64,000 nucleotides of DNA from assembly GCA_027491435.1 (NCBI GenBank), contig JAOZFG010000017.1, forward strand, positions 1-64,000, read 5' to 3'. Of the stretch, positions 28,236 through 37,672 are shown one piece after another. A program made the translations under genes and the position numbers. Below the pieces are notes generated by a model that saw only the letters and a program-made list of their open reading frames with translations, was not told where the DNA came from and made no database searches. Origin of the DNA: Thermoproteota archaeon. Its GTDB lineage: Archaea; Korarchaeota; Korarchaeia; Korarchaeales; Korarchaeaceae. Position 1 is the first letter of the stretch; every line of letters begins with the position of its first letter.

Positions 28236-28773
28236 GACCCGCACCTCCAAGTTCCTGATCAGGGGGAGACCTGGTTCTGGTAAGTCAACAGCTCTTAACC
28301 TTATAGAGGAGAGGTTAAGAGATCTCGGAGTCAGGGTCGCCGGCATAAAGACGCCAGAAGTCAGGCTAGAGGGTAGGAGAATAGGCTTTAAGGTGGTTGA
28401 CATAAGTACGGGCGATAGCGCCATGTTTGCCTCCATATCTTTGAGATCTCAACACAGAGTTGGGAGGTATGGGGTAGATCTGAGTCTCTTCGAATCCGTT
28501 GCCATCCCGGCGCTCACCACTGGATTGAAGGAGGCTGATGTTATCCTCATAGACGAGATAGGTAAGATGGAGCTACTTTCCAAAGACTTCACTGAGATAG
28601 TGGGGAAAATCTGGGAATCCAGTAAAGCGGCTGTTGGAACAGTACCAGTAAGTAGATTACCTTTAGTAGAAAGGCTCGTAAAGTCATCCAAGGTGTTCTG
28701 GGTAGAAAGGGGTAAAGCTGAAAGGATTGCTGATGCTATAGTTAATATGATAGTTAGTCATCTTGGTATTTAA
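28234..28773 (+). CDS. Nucleoside-triphosphatase, THEP1/NTPase_1 family
   Basis: GRPGSGKST, EVR..GRRIGF, RVGRYGV and IDEIGKMEL motifs. Confidence 0.92.
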   Translation: MTRTSKFLIRGRPGSGKSTALNLIEERLRDLGVRVAGIKTPEVRLEGRRIGFKVVDISTGDSAMFASISLRSQHRVGRYGVDLSLFESVAIPALTTGLKEADVILIDEIGKMELLSKDFTEIVGKIWESSKAAVGTVPVSRLPLVERLVKSSKVFWVERGKAERIADAIVNMIVSHLGI

Positions 28774-29032
28774 TTAGTTTAAGTTCCTCCTTTCTGTCTA
28801 TTAAATAGACTTTCCTCCCTATCAAGTCGGAGGCCTTGTCTAGGGGAATCGCCACCTTTACCAGGGCGTAAGGCTCCCTGACGGGTCCTATTATATCAGA
28901 CACCACCCCTATAAAAGTAAGGTCATCCAGAACTACCTTCATGTCTTTGAGGTCTTTGTCGACTCTAACGTCTAGTTTAACCAAGAAGTTCCTAGATTTG
29001 GTGACCTTCGTTATGACCCCTAGGTGCCTCAT
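28754..29032 (-). CDS. gar1: H/ACA RNP protein Gar1
   Basis: MRHLG..IG.V.DIIGPV..PYALVK. Confidence 0.9.
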   Translation of the reverse strand: MRHLGVITKVTKSRNFLVKLDVRVDKDLKDMKVVLDDLTFIGVVSDIIGPVREPYALVKVAIPLDKASDLIGRKVYLIDRKEELKLIKYQDD

Positions 29033-29316
29033 TTACTGGCCCTCAACCTCCTGAGGTTTTGCCCGACCTTCTTCAACAGGTCCTCCTTGCTCCCCTCATA
29101 TCTGATTAGTATTCTACCTTCTCTCCTGTACCACCTTGAAGGCCTGGCTTTCTCCCTCTCAACTACGACCTCTCCTAAGGGGGAGGCGGCCTTAATTAGC
29201 TCATCTAAGTTTGGGTTTTTCACAGCCAACTCCTTAGGAACTCTTCTACCTTCGCCTCTGGTCAATCTACTGTCAAAATATGAGGGGTATAATACCTTTA
29301 TCCTCCTATCTCGCAA
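29029..29316 (-). CDS. srp19: Signal recognition particle protein SRP19
   Basis: YPSYFD..TR.EGRRVPK.LAV.NP and P..W...GRI motifs. Confidence 0.93.
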   Translation of the reverse strand: MRDRRIKVLYPSYFDSRLTRGEGRRVPKELAVKNPNLDELIKAASPLGEVVVEREKARPSRWYRREGRILIRYEGSKEDLLKKVGQNLRRLRASK

Positions 29317-29710
29317 CCTCTTCCCTCATCAACACGCCGTTTAACAGGCCGTGCTGTCCTGGCCTTGAAGTTATCCTGACTAGACCCAACTCAGTCCTAA
29401 CTATGGCTCCTCTAGTGATTATGCCCCTTCTAGTGAGAACTACGCTGGCTGGATTCTCAACTACCTCCAGTATCCTGACCTTCTTGGTCTTACCGTCGCC
29501 CAAGGCTACGTTGACCTCTTGATCCGCCAATAACCTTGACTTGTAATTGCCTCCCATCACTCTAACTTTCTTTAGCTTCCTCTGACCTAATACGGTGAAC
29601 GCCGGAAACCTACCGGCCTCTCTCTTCCTCTTACCCCTGCTCTTCCTTATCTTACCTCCGGTGGGCTTTCTACCACCTGGCATCACTGGACCATGGTAGT
29701 AGTAGGGCAT
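29306..29710 (-). CDS. rps8e: 30S ribosomal protein S8e
   Basis: RKPTGG..KRKRE.GR, R..GGN.K, IITRGAI and ITSRPGQHG.LN motifs. Confidence 0.97.
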   Translation of the reverse strand: MPYYYHGPVMPGGRKPTGGKIRKSRGKRKREAGRFPAFTVLGQRKLKKVRVMGGNYKSRLLADQEVNVALGDGKTKKVRILEVVENPASVVLTRRGIITRGAIVRTELGLVRITSRPGQHGLLNGVLMREEVAR

Positions 29711-29725
29711 TTCATCACCGCGAGA

Positions 29726-30955
29726 TCATCCCTTCACCCATTTAAAAAGTGTACTACGGGTGCCGGGATTAATCCTCCCAAGTCCCAGCGAGTTAAAGGA
29801 TGCAGCGGCAGCTATTAGGACTAAGTCCAGCTGGTTCATCCCTATCTCAGCTCTAGTTACCAAGAGAGGCCATATCAGGCTGTAGGGTAGTGGGTTCTCT
29901 CCACTCACAAACTTGCTGTAAGAGTTATATGAGAAGATCCCTACCAGAATCGAGAGCGTAACTAGGGAGGGAATGCCATTTACCACGAAGAAGCCACAGA
30001 ATAGCGATGTTGTGATCCCATAATCCTTGAGGAAAAGTGCCCTCCCGATCACCTGGGTTGGGTGCATCGGTACCGAGTATATCCACAAGGGGATCTTAGG
30101 AGCTGCCCCCCAGAAGGCGTCCACTACCTCGCTGGAGTACTCGTAGGTTGTAGCTAGCCTGAAGGGTATCCTTTCCACCACGGAGAGCTTCACTCCCCCC
30201 CTAATTACGTCAATTAACACGAATATAGCTAAAGCGACCAGAGTTAGTGTTAAAGCGTATTTTCGTTTGTTCTGGGCGATTAAGAGGATGACTGATGAGA
30301 GCATTATTAGGAGCGCGTCTGACCTGAATCCATGAAGGAGCATCAGGAGCGACGTCGCTACGAAGAACGAGGTGAATAAGATAACAGGTTTTCCGCTAAT
30401 CTCCCCCCTATACTTTAGCAAATTCCACGCCAAGGAGGGATATGTTATAAATATTAGGAACATCCCGAAGGCCCCTTCTTCTGGCACGTTGGGCAGGGAT
30501 CTTATCCTCTCCCACCCTCCGTTCATCAGAAAGGAGTGCAGAGTTAAGGTGGCTCCTAAAACGTATAAAGACGCGACGGCTAGCGCGTATCCTTTACTGC
30601 CAGATAATTGCTTGTGAAGGGCAGACGCCTGCAGGAACGTCATCAGCCATAGAAAAGAGGTCAGCGATGCCACTAGATCGCCAAGCACCCACCTGAAGGA
30701 GGCCCAAATTATAAGGAATATCGTGGCTATCGCCAAGTAGCTAACCTGCCTATCCCCCATTAACTTACCAAGGTAGAGACCTAGCGAGAGAGACGCCCCT
30801 CCTGTCAGGTTCACAATAACCCAGTTAACGTGAAAGCCGAACTTGGAATAACCTGCTAGGAATATTAGGGAGATAATGAATAAGGGGACGGCGGGATGAG
30901 TTACCTTCTGGATAAGCCCTATTAGTTGTGCTACCCTCCCTACTGGGTTGATCAT
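29726..30955 (-). CDS. Polytopic membrane protein, archaeal O-antigen polymerase (Wzy)-like
   Basis: About 11 TM segments; GFRS, FRL.TT and GITTSLF.G motifs parallel those of the upstream paralog. Confidence 0.6.
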   Translation of the reverse strand: MINPVGRVAQLIGLIQKVTHPAVPLFIISLIFLAGYSKFGFHVNWVIVNLTGGASLSLGLYLGKLMGDRQVSYLAIATIFLIIWASFRWVLGDLVASLTSFLWLMTFLQASALHKQLSGSKGYALAVASLYVLGATLTLHSFLMNGGWERIRSLPNVPEEGAFGMFLIFITYPSLAWNLLKYRGEISGKPVILFTSFFVATSLLMLLHGFRSDALLIMLSSVILLIAQNKRKYALTLTLVALAIFVLIDVIRGGVKLSVVERIPFRLATTYEYSSEVVDAFWGAAPKIPLWIYSVPMHPTQVIGRALFLKDYGITTSLFCGFFVVNGIPSLVTLSILVGIFSYNSYSKFVSGENPLPYSLIWPLLVTRAEIGMNQLDLVLIAAAASFNSLGLGRINPGTRSTLFKWVKG

Positions 30956-32253
30956 CCTCTCGGCCTCAGCGATAGGATAACCACTATGGCCGCAGTTAGC
31001 AGGTACAGGTAGACGTTCAGGTCCAGTATGCCCGTCTCAACTCCAACTACAGTGTAGGAGAGCAACGTAGCGTATGGGCCAACCAACGAATCTGACTTCT
31101 CAGAGGCCCTGTAAGATAGGGAAATCAGGTAGGATAGTGTGGAAACTGTGAAGAGAGCCCCTAGAAGGCCGGCGTCTAAAACTGGTCCTCCTAGAATTGT
31201 GGCTGTAGTAGAGATGTCCCTCCTGCCTAATGTATATATGCTGATCAGGGTCCTGGGCCCGTACCTGCTCCCCCTAACTAAGCCTAGGGAAGAGAGGGCC
31301 GCTAAGTGGAGCAACCCGTGGGTGACGGGGTACAGGCTATACCTCCTAACTATGGTATCTAGGGCAGCTACCGTTATGGTGGGCCTGTAAAGAACCGACA
31401 AGACCGGCTGAGCCGCCACCCCAGTAGTTACCGACCTTATCGCGCCGACCCCCACGAAGAGCGCTAGGGATATGAGAAAGCCCAGTAACAGGTGAACCCC
31501 CTTTATGACCCCCCTCCTGTACAGGACCAGGGACACCGCTAACACGTAAGCGATCATCTCTGTTCTAAACGCCAGAAACAAGGATGGAATGAAGCCTATA
31601 AGGGCCAGGGCCAGGGCTAAGCACCTCCTTTTCCTGATATCTCTTATCGCTGACAGTGTGAAGGCGACCCCGGGTACAGATGTCCAAGCCATATAGTTGA
31701 GTATTGGGGAGAGGCCCCTCCTTAGCCCCTCGTTAAGAAGGGGGAACCCCTTCACTCGGGAGACCTGTAGAACAAAGCCTACAACCCCTATCCCGAGCAT
31801 TGATAGTCCCAGAAATAGGATAACCCTCCATGGGTTGCTGACCCTCAGGTTTCTCAGATCCCACTTGCTGATCAGTATGAAAATCGCTGAAAAGATCACT
31901 GAGGTGTAAAGTAGGAGCAGAGTTAGAGGTGATGGCCTTACTTGGGCCGCCCAGAAAAAGGCTAGCAAAGCTATGGGAAACAGCCAGGGTGAGGTTAGCA
32001 GGTCCATGATCCTGTCGGGTTGATCCCTCTGACTAACTGGCCTAAGCGGACATAGCTTATTGCCGGCCCTCACTAGCGCAGATCTCTCATAGGAGGTGGA
32101 GACAGTCTCCTCTAACGTCTTTATAGTTTTGAGAAAGTTACTCTTACGATAGGATGCTAAGAGGAAGCTGTAAACTGGAAGTCCTTTGACCTTTCGGTAC
32201 GCCTTGCCCAAGAGAGAGCTCGGGATTGCGTTCACCAATAGGGCTATTAACAT
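30952..32253 (-). CDS. Oligosaccharide repeat unit polymerase (Wzy)-like membrane protein
   Basis: G.PLL...LR, AFRT, YRP.IT..LD, GPRTLI, STTATILGGP.LD.G and GVETGILD motifs typical of the archaeal putative O-antigen polymerase family. Confidence 0.72.
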   Translation of the reverse strand: MLIALLVNAIPSSLLGKAYRKVKGLPVYSFLLASYRKSNFLKTIKTLEETVSTSYERSALVRAGNKLCPLRPVSQRDQPDRIMDLLTSPWLFPIALLAFFWAAQVRPSPLTLLLLYTSVIFSAIFILISKWDLRNLRVSNPWRVILFLGLSMLGIGVVGFVLQVSRVKGFPLLNEGLRRGLSPILNYMAWTSVPGVAFTLSAIRDIRKRRCLALALALIGFIPSLFLAFRTEMIAYVLAVSLVLYRRGVIKGVHLLLGFLISLALFVGVGAIRSVTTGVAAQPVLSVLYRPTITVAALDTIVRRYSLYPVTHGLLHLAALSSLGLVRGSRYGPRTLISIYTLGRRDISTTATILGGPVLDAGLLGALFTVSTLSYLISLSYRASEKSDSLVGPYATLLSYTVVGVETGILDLNVYLYLLTAAIVVILSLRPRG

Positions 32254-32262
32254 GCCTCTCCC

Positions 32263-33147
32263 TCATGGCCTAGCTATGTAAGTCACCCTAGTGACGTCTA
32301 CCTGCTCCTGAACCTTTCTGGCGTTCTCCAATATATTGGGGTAGACGTTAACCCCTGTGAGTGGTCTCTCAGTTCCTATAAACAGGTAAGCGGCCTCCAA
32401 CGTGACGTTACTGTATTCTATTCCTAAGCCCTCTATGGCTTTACCTATCACCCTTATGTCATCCACGGTTAAGCCTGCTCTTTGAGTGTAATCGAACTTT
32501 ATAGTGATGTAAGAGTCGCCGAAGTAGAGGTAAGGATAGCCCCAGGGGATTTCTTTGTATAACCTCCACTTCAGCTTGCTGTAAAGGTAGGCGTTCGGTT
32601 TAAGACCTGGAGCATCCACTATGATGGACGATCTGACCTTTATGCTTCTCACACCGAATTCGCCAGCTAACACTTTGGATAACTCTTCCAACCTATCTGC
32701 CAGTTCATCTAAGCTCCTAGCGCTTATTGGATAAATATAGGCCCTTATTAAAGACGGAGCGGTTGTCTTGAAGGTTATCTTGGAGGCCGCAACGTCTTCT
32801 ATATACGCGTTAGGCCCTCCTATGGTTATCCTCTTCCCTTTATACCAGCCGAACAGCCTGGTTTCGTAAGCCCAGGTAATCAGTACGTCGTCGTCGAATT
32901 TAGACTTGTTCCCAGTCCAGATACCCTCAACCCTAGCCTCCACCACGTAACCCAGAGAGGATAGCCTAGAGTACTCCAGAACCGCGTTCTGTATGTTGAG
33001 ACCTGAGTAGGAGCTCACCTGAGAGGGCGGGGGTGCTAAGGTTGTGTATAAATAGTAACCAGAGACGGCCAGTATTAATAAAAGAATGAGGAGGTCAAAG
33101 GCATTTACACCTAGCACTTTGCCTTCCTTAGGGTCTATTAGTCTCAT
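32263..33147 (-). CDS. Membrane-anchored protein with DUF4330-like N-terminus
   Basis: MRLID..EGK.LG.N..DLL followed by a single TM, then a soluble alpha/beta domain. Confidence 0.6.
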   Translation of the reverse strand: MRLIDPKEGKVLGVNAFDLLILLLILAVSGYYLYTTLAPPPSQVSSYSGLNIQNAVLEYSRLSSLGYVVEARVEGIWTGNKSKFDDDVLITWAYETRLFGWYKGKRITIGGPNAYIEDVAASKITFKTTAPSLIRAYIYPISARSLDELADRLEELSKVLAGEFGVRSIKVRSSIIVDAPGLKPNAYLYSKLKWRLYKEIPWGYPYLYFGDSYITIKFDYTQRAGLTVDDIRVIGKAIEGLGIEYSNVTLEAAYLFIGTERPLTGVNVYPNILENARKVQEQVDVTRVTYIARP

Positions 33148-33155
33148 CCAGTGTT

Positions 33156-34820
33156 CTAGTCGAAGTCAGATTTAAACTCTCCGGGACCCCCTCCTTCCTC
33201 CTCTTCACCTTCCTTCTTTCCGCCCTTCTCCTCGTAGGGCTTAGCAGCTATTATGTCGTCGGTCTTTATTATCAATATTGCAGTCTCAGTGGCAGCCGTT
33301 ATGGCGTTCTTGACCCCTCTGTAGGTGTCAACCACGTCTAGCTTGCTCATGTCAGCCACCTTACCGTTTATAGCGTCGACGCCTACGTACGTCTGGCCGT
33401 TGGCGTGGGCGTTCCTTATCTCAACTAGGGCGTCCACTGGATCCATGCCCGAGTTTTCAGCCAGTATCCTAGGTATGCTCTCTAGAGCCTCGGCGTAAGC
33501 CTCCATAGCCAACTGCTCCTTACCCTTGACGGTGTTGGCGTAGTTCTTTAGCCTGAGGGCCAACTCGGCCTGTATGGAGCCACCTCCGTAGAAGACCTTA
33601 CCGTCCTCCACCACGTTCCTGGCCACGTAGAGGGCGTCCTTCAACCCCCTCTCGGCCTCGTCCAAGATAGTGTCAGCTCCAGCCCTGAGCAAGATCGTAA
33701 CAGCCTTCGGGTTCTTGCAGTCCTCCACGAAGATCATCCTGTCATCTCCTATCTTCCTCTCCTCAACTAGACCAGCGAAGCCCAGCTCCTCCTCAGTCAA
33801 GTCATCGAGGTTGTTGACTATCTTGGCACCAGTGGCCTTCTCAAGCCTCTGCATATCCTTCTCACTTACCCTCCTCACGGCCATTATACCGTGTTTAGCT
33901 AGGAAGTGCTGGGCTACCTCGTCTATGCCCTTCTGGCAGAACACCACGTTGGCCCCAGTTGCAGCTATCTTCTCAACCTTCTCCTTCAGTATCCGGGTCT
34001 CCTGCTCTATGAACTCCCTTAGCTCCTGGGGAGTTGATATCTGTATCTCAAGGTCTATCTCAGGCTTCTTTATCTCTAGAGACAAGTTGAGCAGCGCTAT
34101 CTTGGCGTTCTTCACGGATTTAGGCATGTCCCTGTGAACCACCTCTTTGTCTAACACGACCCCCCTTATGAACTGAGTCTCGGAGAGGCTCCCTCCCTTC
34201 TTCTTGACTATCTTTATGTTGTCTATGTCCACAACCCTCTTACCGTCCTTCTCCTCTTGAACCGCCTTAACGGCCTTGACAGCGATTTCAGCCAGCTTTT
34301 CCTTTTCAGCGCTAACAAGCTTGCTGCTCATAGCTGTAGCCGCTACCTTCTTTATCCACTCCTCATCCTCAGGGTCTACGGTGATAGCCAGTTTATCAAG
34401 CTCCCCCTGTATGAACTTAAGGGCCTTCTCAAACCCCTCAATTATTATGGTTGGGTGTATGTCCTTTTTGAGCAGGTTCTCAGCCTCGGCCAGGATTTCT
34501 CCAGCAAGGACTACGCTTGTGGTGGTTCCATCACCTACCTCCTTATCCTGAGCTTTGGCCAGGTTGACCATCAGCTTCGCAGCAGGGTGAGCGACCTCCA
34601 TCTCTTGAAGTATGGTGGCTCCGTCGTTGCTCACGGTGATATCGCCTAGAGAATCAACTATCATCTTGTCCATTCCCTTAGGCCCTAGAGTCGTCTTAAC
34701 AGCATCAGCTATGGCTCTAGCGGCCATTATGTTTATTCTCCTAGCCTCCTCACCCCTAGTCCTAGTGGTTCCCTCCTTAAGAATTAATACGGGCCTTCCA
34801 CCTATCGTCGCTAAGGCCAT
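33156..34820 (-). CDS. ths: Thermosome (group II chaperonin) subunit
   Basis: TTLGPKGMDKM, NDGATIL and GDGTTT motifs; ATG at 34820 after SD GGAGGTGA. Confidence 0.98.
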   Translation of the reverse strand: MALATIGGRPVLILKEGTTRTRGEEARRINIMAARAIADAVKTTLGPKGMDKMIVDSLGDITVSNDGATILQEMEVAHPAAKLMVNLAKAQDKEVGDGTTTSVVLAGEILAEAENLLKKDIHPTIIIEGFEKALKFIQGELDKLAITVDPEDEEWIKKVAATAMSSKLVSAEKEKLAEIAVKAVKAVQEEKDGKRVVDIDNIKIVKKKGGSLSETQFIRGVVLDKEVVHRDMPKSVKNAKIALLNLSLEIKKPEIDLEIQISTPQELREFIEQETRILKEKVEKIAATGANVVFCQKGIDEVAQHFLAKHGIMAVRRVSEKDMQRLEKATGAKIVNNLDDLTEEELGFAGLVEERKIGDDRMIFVEDCKNPKAVTILLRAGADTILDEAERGLKDALYVARNVVEDGKVFYGGGSIQAELALRLKNYANTVKGKEQLAMEAYAEALESIPRILAENSGMDPVDALVEIRNAHANGQTYVGVDAINGKVADMSKLDVVDTYRGVKNAITAATETAILIIKTDDIIAAKPYEEKGGKKEGEEEEGGGPGEFKSDFD

Positions 34821-34927
34821 TTTCTTCACCTCCTTAGTTAGCGGTACCCATCGTCGGGCAGCATGAGTTATACCACCATCGAGTTATAAAAATTAGCGGT
34901 TACATACGGCATCTGGGAGGTGGTGTC

Positions 34928-35746
34928 TTGCCGAGAATAGCAATAATTGGGGGCAGTGGGGTCTACAGGGTTATGGATGAGAGGAAATCCACCTTAGTGG
35001 ACACTCCTTTCGGGACTGTAGAGGTCTTCCTAGGGAACCTGTCAGGCGAAGAGGTGGCTTTTATACCAAGACACGGAGAAAATCATGAAATTCCTCCATT
35101 TAAGGTGAATTATAGGGGAAATCTTTATGCTTTAATGGAGCTTGGAGTTGAGAGAGTGATAGCCACCAACGCCGTAGGGTCTCTGAGGGAAGACTACCCG
35201 CCAGGAACCATACTAATACCTGACGACTTCATGGACTTCACTAAGAGGAGGGATTACACGTACTACGATGGTGGGGAGATTAAAGTCAGGGGGAGGGTAA
35301 TTAGAGGAGTTGTTCACGTCTCAATGACTCCCCATCCCTACTGTCCGGAGATAAGGGCTGCCATTAAGAGTGCTTCTGAGAAGCTGGGCATAGAGCTAGT
35401 TGACAAGGGAGTTTACTGTTGTATGGAAGGGAATCGCTTTGAGACGCCTGCAGAAATAAGGGCCTTGAGAATTTTAGGTGGAGATGTAGTAGGAATGACC
35501 GGTTGTCCGGAGGCCACGTTAGCGAGGGAACTGGAGATGTGTTATGCTTCAATAAACGTGGTCACTAATTACGCCGCGGGGGTTGGGGGAAATGTCAAGT
35601 TAACCCAAGACGAAGTGGCCGAGATATTTTCAAAGAGAATAGAAGACGTCATCGCCTTGATAGAGGAGACCATCCCTCTGATACCGAAGGAGAGGGCCTG
35701 CCCTTGCTCTAGAGCTTTAGAGGGGGCCGTCATAACCAAGAAGTGA
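34928..35746 (+). CDS. MTAP/PNP-family nucleoside phosphorylase, probably 6-oxopurine/methylthioinosine type
   Basis: GGSG, PRHG..H, AVGSL, RFETPAE and VVGMT motifs. VTNYAAG carries Asn rather than the MTAP TDYD motif. Confidence 0.9.
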   Translation: MPRIAIIGGSGVYRVMDERKSTLVDTPFGTVEVFLGNLSGEEVAFIPRHGENHEIPPFKVNYRGNLYALMELGVERVIATNAVGSLREDYPPGTILIPDDFMDFTKRRDYTYYDGGEIKVRGRVIRGVVHVSMTPHPYCPEIRAAIKSASEKLGIELVDKGVYCCMEGNRFETPAEIRALRILGGDVVGMTGCPEATLARELEMCYASINVVTNYAAGVGGNVKLTQDEVAEIFSKRIEDVIALIEETIPLIPKERACPCSRALEGAVITKK

Positions 35747-35840
35747 AAATTATTAACCGATAGCCCTAGCTGCATCCTCTATGCATGAAATCTTTTTTAC
35801 TTTTAGGCGCCAGCTGACCTGAGGTAGGCAAGGTGGAACT

Positions 35841-37046
35841 ATGAGGGTTAGGAAGGTCCTCACGCTGGATGACGTGGCCGTTGAAGGAAAGAAGGTCTTC
35901 CTTAGGGCTGATATGAACGTCCCCGTCGGAGAGGACGGGCAAATTATGAACAGTGAGAAGATTAAGCAGGCAGCAAAAACGTTAAAAGAGTTAATAGAGA
36001 GAGGGTCTGCCGTTATCGTGGGTACCCATCAAGGCAGGCCAGGTAGCAACGATTTCATCAGCACAGAAGCACATAGCGCCATACTATCAGAAATATTGGG
36101 AACTGAGGTCAATTACGTAGATGGCGTTATATCTAGAGAGGTCAGGGAGGAGATAAGTAACTTACAGGCTGGAGAGGTACTAATGTTAGAGAACCTGAGG
36201 TTTATGGCCGAGGAGAACATCGAGGGTGACCCTAAGGATTTGGTGAACACGCACTTCGTCAGGAGGCTAGCCCCTCTCTTTGACATTTACGTGAATGATG
36301 CCTTCCAGGCGGCCCATAGGAGTCAACCCTCTCTTGTGGCCTTTCCTTACATAAAACCATCGGCTGCTGGCAGGATAATGCAGAAGATGATCGCTGAAAT
36401 GGCTGAGATAGACGCTATAAAGGGCAAGAGAGTCTTCATCTTGGGAGGGGCCAAGGTATCCGACAAGCTCAAGGTAATAGTCCACGCCATCAAGAACAAC
36501 AAAGCTGCTGAAATACTGACGGGCGGACTTGTAGGCTCTCTAATGGCGTTAGCGGCTGGTCACAAGATAAATGGGGCCTTAAAGAGGTTGAGAGATTTGG
36601 ATTTGCTCCTCCCAGCTGCTAGGGACATACTAGAGAGGGCTTCAGGCAGGGTTTTATATCCAGTGGACTTCGTGGTCAAGGATGAAGAAGGTGAACTAAG
36701 AACCTACCCTGTGTACGCGATCCCTGAAGGCGGACAGATAGTGGATATAGGTCCGGGAACCATAGAAATATACAAGGAGAGACTTAAGGAGGCCGATTTA
36801 GCCGTGGCCAACGGTCCAATGGGCATATTTGAGAGGCCAGAGTCAAGGAGGGGAACTCTGGAGATTGTCAAGGCCATGGAAATGTACGCTAAGGAATCGG
36901 TTCTCTGTGGGGGTCACATGAGCACCGCTGCCAAGCTGGCAAACACAAAGGGGAGCAGGATATACACGGCCGGAGGAGCAGTTCTTTATGGGCTAGCCGG
37001 CTTGCCCCTCCCGGCTATCGATGCTTTGAGGGAAGGGGTCAGATGA
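35841..37046 (+). CDS. pgk: Phosphoglycerate kinase (divergent)
   Basis: RADMNVP, HQGRPG, LENLRF, NDAF.AAHR, GGAKVSDK, DIGP.T and NGPMGIFE motifs. Confidence 0.93.
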   Translation: MRVRKVLTLDDVAVEGKKVFLRADMNVPVGEDGQIMNSEKIKQAAKTLKELIERGSAVIVGTHQGRPGSNDFISTEAHSAILSEILGTEVNYVDGVISREVREEISNLQAGEVLMLENLRFMAEENIEGDPKDLVNTHFVRRLAPLFDIYVNDAFQAAHRSQPSLVAFPYIKPSAAGRIMQKMIAEMAEIDAIKGKRVFILGGAKVSDKLKVIVHAIKNNKAAEILTGGLVGSLMALAAGHKINGALKRLRDLDLLLPAARDILERASGRVLYPVDFVVKDEEGELRTYPVYAIPEGGQIVDIGPGTIEIYKERLKEADLAVANGPMGIFERPESRRGTLEIVKAMEMYAKESVLCGGHMSTAAKLANTKGSRIYTAGGAVLYGLAGLPLPAIDALREGVR

Positions 37047-37672
37047 TAGACGTCATGGTGATCTTCTCCCCGAGAAATCTTCCACTACTGGAAATTATCA
37101 AAGAAGATCCTTCGATCCGACCTTCTATTTTTCTAAGAGAAAAGGATAGTTTGATAAAGTTGTTTGATGAAGTTTACGATGTATACGTCGACGAGGGGGT
37201 CGTAGAATTCGTGAAGAGGAAGGGAGTTAAGGTATCTGGGCTAGCCCCCCGAGGCGCTTACTCTCTCGATCTTCATGAGGATCACCTCAGGATAAGGGGG
37301 AAATGCGTTAGAGACGTCGATCCCCTCACGGTTCTCAGGTATAGGATAGGGGATCTGGTGGACGTTAGTGACATTAATCCCTACTTTGACGGGATAATCT
37401 GGGGAAAGCTTCCCAGTCTAAGCGTAGGCGTCATTCACTTGCTGGCTTCCAGAGACAGGGTCAAGTTCTTGCCCAAGGTTGGCTTAAGTGCCATGAAGGC
37501 CCTTCTTAAGGAAGCCTGCAGCCCGAGCTTAGTTAAGCCAATTTACCTGTTGAAGGGGCATTATTTCGTTATGAGCCCCCTGTCCCTAGGACTTGAGGCG
37601 TTAGACTTAATTAAGGAATGTGAAGGTATCCCAATTAAGGCCTCTAGAAGAATTAAGTTAGTGGAGGGTTGA
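37043..37672 (+). CDS. Degenerate archaeal (type II) GAPDH-derived protein lacking NAD-binding and catalytic motifs
   Basis: Collinear by-eye similarity to archaeal GAPDH (MIDVMV, YV..GVKVSG, R..VR..DP, DV..D..P, IY, E.LD.I). Sits at the gap position after pgk. No GxGxxG and no SCNTT. Confidence 0.6.
   Translation: MIDVMVIFSPRNLPLLEIIKEDPSIRPSIFLREKDSLIKLFDEVYDVYVDEGVVEFVKRKGVKVSGLAPRGAYSLDLHEDHLRIRGKCVRDVDPLTVLRYRIGDLVDVSDINPYFDGIIWGKLPSLSVGVIHLLASRDRVKFLPKVGLSAMKALLKEACSPSLVKPIYLLKGHYFVMSPLSLGLEALDLIKECEGIPIKASRRIKLVEG

Noticed and set aside
28236-28436. 67-aa N-terminal extension of Trm1 in the ORF track
   Set aside because: It is the antisense of the NTPase gene; the SD and homology support the ATG at 28235.
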